A DNA stretch of 64,000 nt from Trichoplax adhaerens (lineage: Eukaryota; Animalia; Placozoa), in contig NW_002060957.1 in NCBI RefSeq assembly GCF_000150275.1, positions 794,445 through 858,444 on the forward strand, read 5' to 3'. The position numbers were made by a program, and so were the translations under genes. Shown here one piece after another: positions 38,609 to 56,200 of this stretch. Position 1 is the stretch's first letter. The number at the start of each line of letters is the position of its first letter. The notes beneath the pieces were generated by a model. The model worked only from the letters and a program-made list of their open reading frames with translations. It was not told the DNA's origin and did not search any database.

Positions 38609-39661
38609 TAATGACATCGCTAAAACCCGACCTCGGCTAAATGCAGTCATACGGTATTCATAAGAAGGGCGAGCTCCACCCATCTTAGCCAGGGACTGTA
38701 AGAATAAGAAATAATTAATAGTAGTAATTAATTAACTACTGTACACTGAGTGTACACATTGTTGAGCAGGAAATTTTTTCTGATACTGTACAGTACCGTG
38801 TACAGTTCAGTAAGTTACTGTCTTGGCTCCAAAATTTACTGTTGATCATTTTGGACTAGCAAACTGTAGGTTGTAGACGAAGACAGAGACTGCTCAATGA
38901 GCAATGCTCATAGACAAGATCCTTTGTCTTATGAGGAGTCCTTGACTAAGATAATCAGCCTATCACTCATACAATGCTGTAGCATCGATTCTCCTGTAGA
39001 AATCGTCAAGAATCATAGTATGAAACTACTAGATGTACATTATACAGTACTTGATATGGGATAAAAATGAGAAAACGCTTGGTCTACCGAACATCTCCGC
39101 CGGACTCAACATACAGTACCTAAGCTGTAACTATGAGACCGAGCTGAATCAGCTACACTTTACAGCAGTGAATGCATTTCCGCATTTTTATCCACCTTAC
39201 ACCATACGGAAAGGAAACAACATTAGAGTTATAGGAGCAACAAATGAAAATTGTGATGCAACAACTAAAAAAATTGCCATCATCTGACTCTAATTCTACA
39301 GTACAGCACTACAGTATGTTATACTGAAGTGTACAGTATGTACTGTAAATATGTCGAACAGTAGTGGATTGCACCATCCTCGGTGTCCGAGCGTCCGAGC
39401 CAAGCGCTGTAGTAGAAATTTTAGAGAATGCGCAATGTGTAAAATAGATGTCGTAGCATGTCTAAATACGACACTACACTATGCTCGATACATCGTTGTA
39501 AACGACAGTGTATGAACGACATCTATTTTGCATAGTATGGTGAATGCTACATACAGTACTGTACACTATACAGTATCGTACTGGATGGGTGTTGGTTTGA
39601 CAACGTTGAACCCACGCCATATTGGTCTGTATCAATGACTAAATACTGTCTGTACTATGGA

Positions 39662-39684
39662 TTCAAATGGCGGGAAATTTGAAA
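39662..39684 (+). promoter_or_regulatory. E2F site flanked by CHR elements (cell-cycle/DREAM-type promoter) upstream of BLM
   Basis: TTCAAA-T-GGCGGGAAA-TTTGAA: an E2F consensus with an adjacent TTTGAA and an inverted TTCAAA, ~200 bp before a strong donor (CAG|gtaagt at 39881). Confidence 0.65.
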
Positions 39685-40953
39685 GCCGATGAATGTACAA
39701 AACAGTACGTACATTCGAGTACGAACGACATTGTCAAACACGTCAGGCGGAAAGACGACGTGTCCAGTCAAGTCACTCACTGAATTGGACGTTGCCATAC
39801 AGATTGATTCAACAGCGTCCGCTTAGGGTGGAATTGCGAAGTCCTGAGCGATTGTCAACGAATTTTCAAGAACTAATTCAGGTAAGTTAATAGCATTTAA
39901 AATTTTTAGAAAGTAGAAAGTACCAAGATAACTTGAGTCAACAACATTTCGCCATTTCCATGATTTGTGTCTATCCTTAATAAACAGTAGAGAGATGTTT
40001 GATTTCGTTCAATGTCTATGACAACTGTGGAGAGTCAATGACTGTCCATTGTATTGGCATGAAAAAAAATAGTCATACTGACTGTCTACTGTAGGTTGTG
40101 AAGTATTCCTACAAGCATTCATTTTATACTCGACAGCAGTTTTACTTTGATAAATTAAGATTTCAAGGTAGTAAACAGTAAAATGACAACCCAATGACCT
40201 ACCAGCTCACTGGTTGACAACTCCATTAGTATTGCTTTTAGCCTTTTTCTTACATACACAAGAATTTCTTTAACCAATGGTTTAATCATTCACTTAGTGA
40301 AAGGAAACGTAACACGAAAGTATACTTCATGCTGTACTGTACCAGCAATGACTGGACTCAGACTTGTCTTAATACTTCTTACCTTAGGTAGGATAACTAT
40401 TTTGCATAAATGCATAACCAAGCCTAATTTCCATCTTGAAGACGTGCTACTTGGCTAAACTCTTTCTACGTCATGATCAATTAATGGTAAGCGAGATATC
40501 ATAAGCTAATCTGAGATAACTGATCATTCAATAAATTGTGTTATACATCGTTTACATGTCGAGAACGAATTAAGACATACTGTACTGATCAAGTCACAAT
40601 GGAAGCTTTGAATCCTATTAATTCATACATGATAGGATTTAATAAATATATGTACCTAATCAATCAAAAACATGACAAAGAATGAACTTTCACTTGTTTC
40701 ACTCAGTCGTCTGGTATTCTTGCCTACATTTGTATATATATATATATAACATGCAGTATAGACTTCATAGACACTATGTAGCAAGGAATACTGTACTATA
40801 TGTATCGATTCCGTCGTTAAATAACTTTATCGACGACTGATTATCGTTAATACTATCATACTAATTGTCCTCGTTTATTCTATCTCCTTGAGATCCAATT
40901 TCTCTCACCTTCATGGTTGAAAATTGAAATTTACTTGCTACCTCTTGGATGAA

Positions 40954-45465
<4,512 letters not shown>

Positions 45466-48400
45466 TGTACTATGCTGTAGCTTTGAGTCCCTACTTTAAT
45501 CAAACGACAGTCAATCTCTAAGTATTATATATGAATATACAATACAGTTAACGCAGACTTTCACAAAAGGATTATGTCTACAACGGCAAGAAAGTAGCTC
45601 GACAAATGCACTAGATTACATCATACGCAATATAAGCTTTAAAATAACTGTAATTACGAAACTTCAGAAGTTATAATTTTCCAAGAGTGCATTTGGTGTT
45701 TACTGTCATTTTACGTGCCTTGCTTCGTAAATATCACGACTCCAGTACTGCACTGATTTTTATCAAATGAAGACCGATTTATATGTTTAAATTTGCAATA
45801 TTGAACAAAATTTTATATATCTATATATGCATATTTTATAAGTTATCGTTATTGGAAAAAAATGAATAAGAACTAAATCGAAATCATTTCGTAACAGCAA
45901 ATTGTATAATTGTAAATTTGTTAGAATTTTGAAATATGATTTTGTGCTATATTAAATAGCCAATTAAGAAAAAATATTAATCATGGTGGTCAAGAATACG
46001 AAATATACGAGTTGAAATAAAAATGAAATATTTCTAACCTATGCAGCAAAGGAATCTATCTCAAGAAGGATTCAAGCTTTATGTGTAATGAAATATAGGG
46101 CGAAAAATGTTTGCCTCGCAGCTTTCAACCAAATCTTGTTTTAGGTAGGATATTTTTAAGGGAGGCAGAAGCTATTTTAATTTACTGACATACCCAATTA
46201 CATGTAAAAACGCCACATTATTTACTAGTAGCTCTGTTATAGAACATCTTATTCGGAATGCAGGCAACTCTTTCATTCTGCACTTGGTTATAATCTCATT
46301 GATGCAAATGTACTGAAAACGTACTGTAATTGTCATAGTAGTGAAACCAACCAAGGTTTGTTGTTGCGGGAGAGTAAGCGAACTGAGTGCATAAAATTTT
46401 AAATTAGTTTAATATGTACGCCGACACAGCTCATAGCAACCAAATCTTTGTACTAATTTAATATGAATCTTTCATATAGTTAGTAACCTTTCAAAAAAAT
46501 GTATAGAATTTGAAGTAAAAATAATAAATCTTATCCTAATACCGAATCTCAGCGACGAAACATTCAACATAATTTTCTTAGATAGAAGCATATCCTGTAA
46601 AAATATTGCTCATGGATATTGCTCAGAACATTACTGTAAATAAATCGAAAGATGATCTAGTTTCTCAACATCATTTCTAGTTTTATGATGCTTAATAGAA
46701 AGAATTTCAATTTCTTATTCGTCTGTCCTTGAATGATTTCCGAACCTTTAGAAAGTCTAACTGTAAATAGCAATTCTATTGCTATAAATACCCCTGATAC
46801 TATAAGAATATTGTTATAAGCCACTAATCCTACAGCACTGCAGCTAAAATTTCTTGCAATTTTAATCATCTAATTATATATCTAGAGTGTGATCCAAAGT
46901 AGTGTAAATATGCAATGTAGAGTTAGTGCTTTTAATTTAATTCCTGAAACAATTTAGTACTATTACATCTAATTAATTAATATTGTAATTTTTACTAGTA
47001 TTAAACATTGCAGGTCGGAGAGAAATTAAATTTAATTAGTAAATTCAAGTGCCCAATGAACTTTAATAAGATCAATTACTCAACAGAAAGTGTTAGCACG
47101 AATCAATAAATTCGATCTGAGCTTTTTTTCTCTCTTTTTATGCATGAAAAACGCTACTACTAGCTAAACTTCTAGAACTGTATCTGAAATTAACGACAAA
47201 GATATAGCTTTATTTATGGGGTTGCTCTCTGCTTTGCTATTTAATTAATGGCGGATCGGATTAAGTGTCGGTAATCCTTTACTCTAATTCAAGTCATTAA
47301 TGATTAAGGTTCAAAATGGCTATCAGAGTATTTTATACAATAATATTAAAGTAGATTGTAAAAGATTCCTCCACTTCTCCTCCAAGCTCGATCCTATAAT
47401 TATTCATTCAAATAATCTTAAACAGCGATTTTCATTTATTTTATTAAAGCGGATATGATGAAGGTTGATAAATGTACTGAAATTAGAATATTTTCATTTG
47501 CTCATAGAGAAGCTCTCAACTACTTTGGCAGTCAAAAGATCTATGCTCCTACTTTTTCAATATTTATTGAAATGATGGAGTTATAATAGGAAAGTGCTAT
47601 AGTTTTTAAATTCGTGCGTTTATTTGTCATTAATTGGCTACAATGCAAGCCGATCATGATAGCATCATAGCTATTTGGCCGAATTATTACTGAAAACCTT
47701 TATTAGCGCTCAAAATTAAGCATCAGTAGCCACTTTTGTAATCTTTGGTTAAATCTTCTTTTTACTGGCATATAAATTGCATGAAGTAATAATTTCGGAT
47801 ATGCAGTAATTATCGTATTTTAATGTCTGAATTCAGCAGTAAGTAGCTCATTATAATCTATACCAAAGACATTCCATGCTAAAAGCCGGGACTAATTTTC
47901 AACGAAATGATTTGCTTCTCTATTCTGTTCAAATTTAAAAATATTTACGATAATTTTCAGATTGTTTCCAATCTAATTATAAATCAGCAGCTGGTACTGT
48001 TATGTCGTACATCACGAAATATTTTCAATTTTCTTCATAATGAATTTTGGCAACTAGATTATTTTATTAAAATCTGTAAGTTTCTGCTACATTTTTTTTA
48101 ATTTTCTCAAAGGTATTCTTGAACTCCATACCTAAAATTAAACCCAGAAGTTTAAATACTTCAAATTTGATTATTTAGTATCAAGTATTTTCTTGTAGCA
48201 GTAAATAATGGTGACTAATAGAGGGAGTATTTCATTGGTACGAAACAAAAATCGATTAATTTACCATTAACGTATATTAAGTATTAAAATACATTATAGT
48301 ACCAACATATTTTTCCCTTGACTATAGCTGTGGTATTAGTCACTGTATATACTGTATATATTATTATTAGTGCACAAAGTCATACTATCGTCTCATTTCC

Positions 48401-50298
48401 ATATGGATTTTATTGTTAATAAGCCATATGTTTTACTAACTCAGCTGTCAACTTTATTCCTTGCATAGAGAATTATATCTATCATATTTTGCTTTGCTAA
48501 CGGCATCATATGATTATTTCTGCCTATGTTAGAAAAGAGTTGGAACTGGAAAGAAATTTAGCCAAAGTGTTTACAATACATTATTATCAATTTGATTCAA
48601 GGTAAGTAGATTGATTTAATCCATCCTTTCATTCAAGAGTTTTTATTACAGATCCTAGAATACTGTATACTACGGAAACATGGATTTCTTCTATAATTTC
48701 AGTATTATATGAAGTCCACGTCAATCATCTGATAGCAAAAATTAATTTCAATTTTGGCCATCTTTACGGGGTCCTTTTCATTATTTACTACGGCAAATCA
48801 AATTACAGATTTAGGGTTATCTGTAGTAAGAAAATCTACTTATAAAAATGCGTTCACATATTGTACTATCGTCAATTTAGATCTTCTGTCCTGTAAGACC
48901 TATCAAATATGCCATAAATTAATAAGATATCTATACAAGGATTCCACTTGCACTAGATGCTACAAAATTTGATATCTAAATTATATAGTTAGCCTTTAAA
49001 TTGGCCTAATAGGTTTGCTTTCAGATGAATAGCATACTTTCACAGAAGATAGTACTCATCATATAACGATACTTTTATACCACCTGTATATCAAATTAGA
49101 GATGCTAAATAATAATCTATACTAATTAATAGCTTATAAATGTACCAATTTATCCTTGCATCCCATTTTTAAATTTCTCATCTCTTGTATGCAAAATGAA
49201 ATTCAGCTACTGCGTAACAAACGAGTAGCTTTCAATTTATCCCCAAAATTTCATATGCAGACTATAATAAATGCAGTCTGCCAATTATCTTAGCTTCTTT
49301 TCGTGACACTTTTGGGTTTCAATTCTTTATCTTTAATAGCAATTAGAGATTATTTAACGTTTATTTTTTAAGCAATTCTTAATTTCTTTAACGATACCTA
49401 GTATTAATTTTATATAAGAACAACCTTGAATATAAATTCCTTAAACTTAACTTCTTATCAAAGTAAGCAAAGCGAACGATAAATTACAATAGCTACTTTA
49501 CAATTAAGCTATACGAGGTAAGCAAGCTTGGGTCAATTTAATGAAATACCAGCAAAAGAGTAGATATTATTACATAATACTGATCGAATCTATACAGGCT
49601 TGCAATATAAAGCAGTTAGTGTGTTAAAAATGATATCCTATTTGCTAAAGATACAGCATGTCCTTACTCTATTTTAGTAAAGTTGGTAAACAAAATATTT
49701 ACTTTGAAGTCCTTGCAATAGCATGCAATAGTTGTAATTAAAGAAATATAGAGACAATTTCGTTAAAATACACAATTCACTCTACAGTTATGAAATAAAG
49801 GTACGTACGATTAAAATTTCTTGTAGAAGGAAATTTTATTTTCGGTAGGGTAAAATATGTTTAATTTTTTATTATTATAGTTTGTCTTTTTATGTTACAG
49901 TTCAAGTTTTTGTATTGCTTTATAGTACTGTAAGTTGAAATATGTCAGTTTCTAATGTAATTTCTATTAATAAATATTTATATCGACAAATTATTTACTG
50001 TATTTCAGGAAACCGTAAGCTTCAGTAGTTAAAACCTAAATTAAAGAATTCAGTTTATATCGATATCCAGCAAGATAGTGGTTTATTTTTATAATTATTG
50101 ATCATATACGCGTAGTCTTGAACTAGACATTATCAATGCAAAAAGCAGCATTTAACATTAAGTTCCTTAAAGTTATAAACTTGATCTGTTATGTCGTTAA
50201 CATTCGATGGACTCTCTATGTTGAAATTAGACAAGCATCACAAACTCTACCTTCGCTTTTCCTGTTACTTATTAGAATATTCGAGAAAAGACAATACC

Positions 50299-53200
50299 AT
50301 GGCCGCGTTGAACAAAATTAATTTTGAATTTCCAATGTGGGAAAACGTTGACTGGCCTAAGCGAGAGGATGAAAAAGATGAGCAAGTCAAGGAATTGCTA
50401 AGCGAGAGTGAACAAGAAGTAAAAAAGGAACCGGATCAAGATAGTAAGTCTTGCATGCCATGTCAAGGGTTCTAATTTAACGGATAATTGGAATGTTGCT
50501 TCTTTAGATACACCTTTAACTAGGCTAATGAGTAGCAATTTACTAAAAGAGGTGCGAAATTTAAAATAGTATAATGGAAGTCAGAAAAGGATAGACTAGC
50601 CAAGTTATAATATGCACTTTGTTGATTGCAATTTGATGTACATCAAATATCCAATTCAATCAACTAACTATCTAAGAGAAGCCGATCAGAATAGCGTTAA
50701 AAAATAGTCAAGAAATAAGTCATTACCGTATTCCATACTGTTAGTTTGCATTTCGTAGCAAAATTTGGCATCACTTGACTAATACGGTCATAAAAGACTA
50801 TAAAATCCATTCTGTTTATGGCATCCATTGCTCGCACGAAACATCGCGCTGTAGTTAAATGATGGAAAGAAGTAATTAGGGGATAAAAGGGAATGGCAAC
50901 CTTGCTAATAACACTTATCGTTTGAAAAAATTGTTTATATAAAATCCCTCTGTCGCGATCAAGTGCTGTTCTTGACCACAAACGCAAAGTAATTATTGTA
51001 CCTGCGTAAACCCATTACTAGACTAATATTAGCCATTCCAATCGAAGAGAATCTTAGTATTTCAAAATAAATTGTTTGGTAAAATAGATTTTTGCCATCG
51101 TATAAAAGAGTAATGCTGGTACTGCAATCATGGGGCGTATTTTCCATCTCCATCAACGATAGCTATTTTGATACGCTGTATTCCCTCAGTTAAGTCAGCC
51201 CATAGAATACAGCATGTAGTAGCCATCGAAATGGCTAATAAGAATAATTGTAGATATCGTTAAGTGTCCTAAATGCTGTAATCCCTAGTTATGTAAGACC
51301 TCTCTACATGCTCCAGTTTATGATTCACGGCTTGATGTTTTGTGTGGGACTAGTTGCAGTTAAAGAAATTTTGTATCATTTTGTGGGGCATGTTCAAATT
51401 GATTACCCAGGTTGATCCCATTAAAAATGCTGTCTAGTTTAGTATACCCGTAAGCAACATTCGCGTGAAATATTAGTAATACTAAATGCTGTAATCCCTA
51501 GTTATGCAAGACCTCTGTACATGATCCTGCATATGATTCATGGCCTGGTGTTTTGTGTGGGACTAGTTGCAGTTAAATCGATTTTGTATTATTTTGTGGG
51601 GTATATTTATATTGATTACTCAGGTTGATCCCATTAAAAATGCTGTCTAGTTAATTATAGCCGTAAGCAATATTGCGCTTGAAATATGCGTGATAACCGC
51701 ATGAGAATGCAATTAGCTATCCATTAATAATAAGTAAAGTAACGTTTCAATACGCCAAGTAGAACGAGCGAGTTATATTGTAGTTTATAATGACATAGAC
51801 TACGTTATGGTACAGTCTAGCATAACCGTACAACCACACATTAATCGATGCTGGCATTCACCTTGGCTGCGTTCCCAAGTTTTGAATTTTTTGGATAGGA
51901 AGACTGTCAAGATTCCTCTCAATTTTAGCTATAGCCAGTACACGCTCAAGGTGCGTCTATCAATAAAGTATTAAGTCATGACTAAACAGCCCATTGTCCC
52001 TCCAAGTATCCCCTAAAATCATAATATTAATAACAATAAGTGGCTAAACTCATGGAAATTCCACGGAATAGAGTCCAATTTTGAGTTATTAGACCGAGAG
52101 AATCCGGTTTAGGAACGCGAATTTTTAGTCAAATACTCCTAACAGCGTAAGACACGTACAATCCGCTCGAGTTCACCATGATCTCTAGCAGCTTACTCTA
52201 CCCTACTTCACTCTACCAATTTCTAATTTGAACATTAAACTGTGGTCAGTCGATACTCCATTGGAACTGTTTTTGTCAATGTGAAAAGCAAATTATGGAA
52301 TAATAATCCCAAGCAACTGTTGGTTTTTCTTTTCGTACTCCATAGTTAGGAAAGACATTTTTGACAAATTGGCAGCGCAGCCCGGTCCCGATTTGGGACC
52401 GGTACGATTTTGATGTCAATGTCAATCAACACAGCCATGCATGCTACAGTGTACAGTACTTTACTCTTTCAGTCAACTTGAGTCCATCGCACTCAAACTG
52501 TAGAGTACGCACTGTAGAGGAGAGAAAAACAAGCGTATCGGTACACTTCCAGTACACAACCGCTAGACAGTAACAAGTTCCATTCACTACATCACTCCAT
52601 ATAGGCGTGACTCAGGGAGGCAATCCATTACTCGTTATCACCATGCTTGTACCGAAGGGCTGGATGGGCGCGGCACCCCATCATTGCGTCAAAACATTGT
52701 ACTGGACGATAACGGGATTCTTGTTATTCTTCTTGTAGCCAATGAACAATGTTATTGATTAGACGATTATTACCGTTATAATTATGAGTATTATTAACAC
52801 AGTTGGATTATTTGCTGATGTATTCCATTGGCAAGCTGGGATAATTTAGCTTTCATAATTTTGTTCTTGGCCATTGAATCGCTTCACCAGTTATTGCCAT
52901 CATGCGTAAATCGTTTCGTTTAAGAAAAGCCAAATCCAAAGGTAGGTGCAAAATTGTGATAGCCATGTAAAATGACCAGTGTTGATGTTGCAACGGCAAG
53001 ATAACGATGATCGATGCGATCATGAAGGAAGATCATGGTGATGAGAATAAGTTTTCTTTCATTGAAAGCTATCCATCGACTATCTTTATGGTAGGTAATC
53101 TACCTAAACATGACCTTCTATGCTGTATCGAAACAGTGGATCCAACGTGCAACGATGATCGACGACGACCAGACGCCAATTCCCGTCAACACTCTATTCA

Positions 53201-56200
53201 ACGGCCATCATCATCAAGGCTGTACGACTTAGTTATGGTTATCTTGCAATCGATTCATTTCCTTCATTAGGTTGTAATCGATCTTGACCGTCCATCAACA
53301 ACTTTGTTGAAATATGGCCTGTGATACAACGACGGCGATGATACAATCGTTGTAAAAGTCAATCACGCCCATGAAGATAGCCTACAGTAGTCCCTGATCG
53401 ACTTGTATTAGATGAGAATTGGTAGGCAGGCAATCGATTAGGAACTGGAGAGACATGATTATTTTTGTTTTGGGGGAGAATTTGCGGGAATTATCATCTC
53501 CTATACATTATCGCTTAAATGAGAGAAATAGTTTGGACAATAACGGGTTAGCCTGCAATTTTAGGCCTGGGAAATATTTTTCAATTTTTTGGATAATCGA
53601 TAACAAGTAGATTAAACGACTACAAGGAAACATCCAACACCATATTATTTTTACCTTTGCATCATCAATATTCCTTTCCATCGACATACTATACATTTGT
53701 AATGTACGATACAATCTTATCAAATTCATTAAATGTCAGAGAAAATGATCGCAATGAAACCGTTTGGAAAACCATTCTATCATCGTTCGACGTGATATAC
53801 AGTACTGTACTGTACATACTTTTCATGTTTGCTAGAGAGATTTCTCAGCTTTACAACGTATTATCATCTTCTATTTTTTATCGATTTGCCATTGTGTATA
53901 CAGATCTATTTTCCATTAACTAGACGTTCACTTCATCACTCAACATCTTTTCATCGAGTTTCCTTGCATCTACTGTACAATAAAATAGTTTATTCCTCTT
54001 ATCAATCACTCATTTTGGTGCGTGCTATTGGAGATTATTCTATTCCAATGCATTTTCTATATTATTATTTCGTCATTGACCACAGAACCAATACGTCAAG
54101 TTATATTCAACTTGATCATTCTTCTACTTTCTTGCTACTTTTAGCCGATAAACTCGATGCTACTGGTGATACAGATATCAAAGACATCACCGGATCGACT
54201 TTATCACTACCTGCAGACTCTCCAAAAAAGAAAAAGTGGTATTCTTCGATAGGTAAATCCAAATCCAAGAAGAAATTAGAATCACCAAACTCCGAATTAC
54301 CAACTAACCATGAAACTAACCATGAAACTAATGGATTCGCTGATGATTACCATGACCTCAATCACGATGTCCACACTGAAATATACCAAAATGAACCGCG
54401 AGCTGGTGGCAGTAATGCTGCGACTAACAACGGAAACACAAGTCCTACCAAAAAAACAAAGTCTAAATTTACATTCAATTCTAACAATCATCATGCTAGC
54501 AATGGCCAAGAGAAAGAAAGTAATGTTCGACCACGAATTGATAGTACTAGTGCACCATTAGCCGGTGAAGACACCGAAATTGGCAATAGTCAAAATGCTT
54601 CCCCGTCTCCAGTACACCGTAATGGAACACCTGGGGCTGAAGCACCAACAAATTCATTTTTCAGCTTTTTAAGCGGAAGTCCAACGACTAAAGAACCCAA
54701 GCAAAATCATGATGGAAGCGACGATAAGGTAAGCCAGATCAATCTAGGTCAACAATTTGTCTTTCATATTACGATCGTGTTATTACCCTCGCCCAACTAC
54801 TTTAATCTATTACATAATTAATGATCCAAATGAAATGACCGCCTATCCCTTTGCTTTGCCATGATGACCTTTTAATCGACAGGAATATCGTATTGGACAT
54901 TTAAAAATGCCTGAATTTTTCTTTGAACCGCTAACATTTTGATAACACATCACTGTGCCAATGAGTTGCTGTTATGACAAGCACTTTCAATCGCTTTCTT
55001 AATGTCTTTTTTAAGCCCTCAAAAAAAAAACGAAAGACGATATTCACAAATGTTATATGTAGCGATACATCATGTCGTTGCTTGAGAGGTTTAAAGTTAG
55101 CAATATTCGAAATGGTAATTCCCTCATACCCTCATGTAAGATGAACACAAACTAAAACTATCATGATTTTATGACAACAATTTTTTTACCCTACATATAT
55201 CTTTATTTTCCCAATAATGATGAGATCCTTCTAAACTACTCGATCGATATCAGTCACCGACATTGGTCTCGTATGCGTACAGATTTAAAAAGCTCCAATA
55301 GCAATGATAATTCAATTTAATAAACAATACTATTCAATAAAAATCTAGAGATAGAGAAACAAAGCAATGGTTGACAGTGAAATGAGTAGAATTTAAGTCA
55401 GTTTATCATTTGACTTGATAACGGCTTATTTCTACTCATACAGAATAATATTATCACTCCAAATTTACTACATATGTTATTTGACCTCCTGCTGAATTTC
55501 TTGATCGCATACGTGCAGTGCCAAATGTCTGCATCGACGTTTCTATACGACCAACTGACTCACAATTAAAAATTAAAAGACTAATAATGGCATTAGCAGT
55601 ATTTCCTTAATATCTATCTCTCTATTCGTTATGTAGTTGACTTTATGAATCAAAATAGGATATGGTTAAATAGTTATGTCATCTAGAATACTACGTTAAA
55701 GTGTGAATTTTTTTGCCATGTATCATTTCATGTTAACACCCGTGTATGTTATCAAGTTGAGATCTGCTTGTGCATTAGCTAGAAGTAGTTATCAAGGAAG
55801 AAAACCTAGTCCTAGTAAATAGGTTTAACGGATACTGAGAAACACGGCTGTAGTGGCGACACTGAAATCGATCAATTCTACATTAAAATAAAGCCAGTGC
55901 TGTGCTGGTAATGACAGGGATGTAATCTATCAAAATTCCTTTTTCTATCCGTTCATTATTAGTATTAAACTCCATCATGGGTCATTAGTCATTGGCAATT
56001 TATATCATTCATTTCTAGTTTATGTTAATACACCCTATATTTTATTATTAATGAGAAGCTAATGTGGTTAAGGATAATCTAACTTTACTGCAGTATGATT
56101 AACCACTAGAAGCAAGAGTGATTTTAAAAAGAAATCCTTCAAAAGTTCTATTGCATTCAATATAGAATATACTTTTATAGATTGAGTACTCGACAAATAA

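Noticed and set aside
38459-38683. 74-aa hydrophobic ORF
   Set aside because: Its hydrophobicity comes from translating the (TATC)n/pyrimidine tract.
39693-39890. 65-aa ORF as the BLM N-terminus
   Set aside because: It starts immediately after the E2F/CHR element and has no recognisable similarity. More likely a 5'UTR exon ending at 39881, though a coding role is not excluded.
53829-54144. Hydrophobic N-terminal part of the 330-aa ORF
   Set aside because: Pyrimidine-rich intron sequence before the acceptor at 54145; only 54145-54728 is exon.
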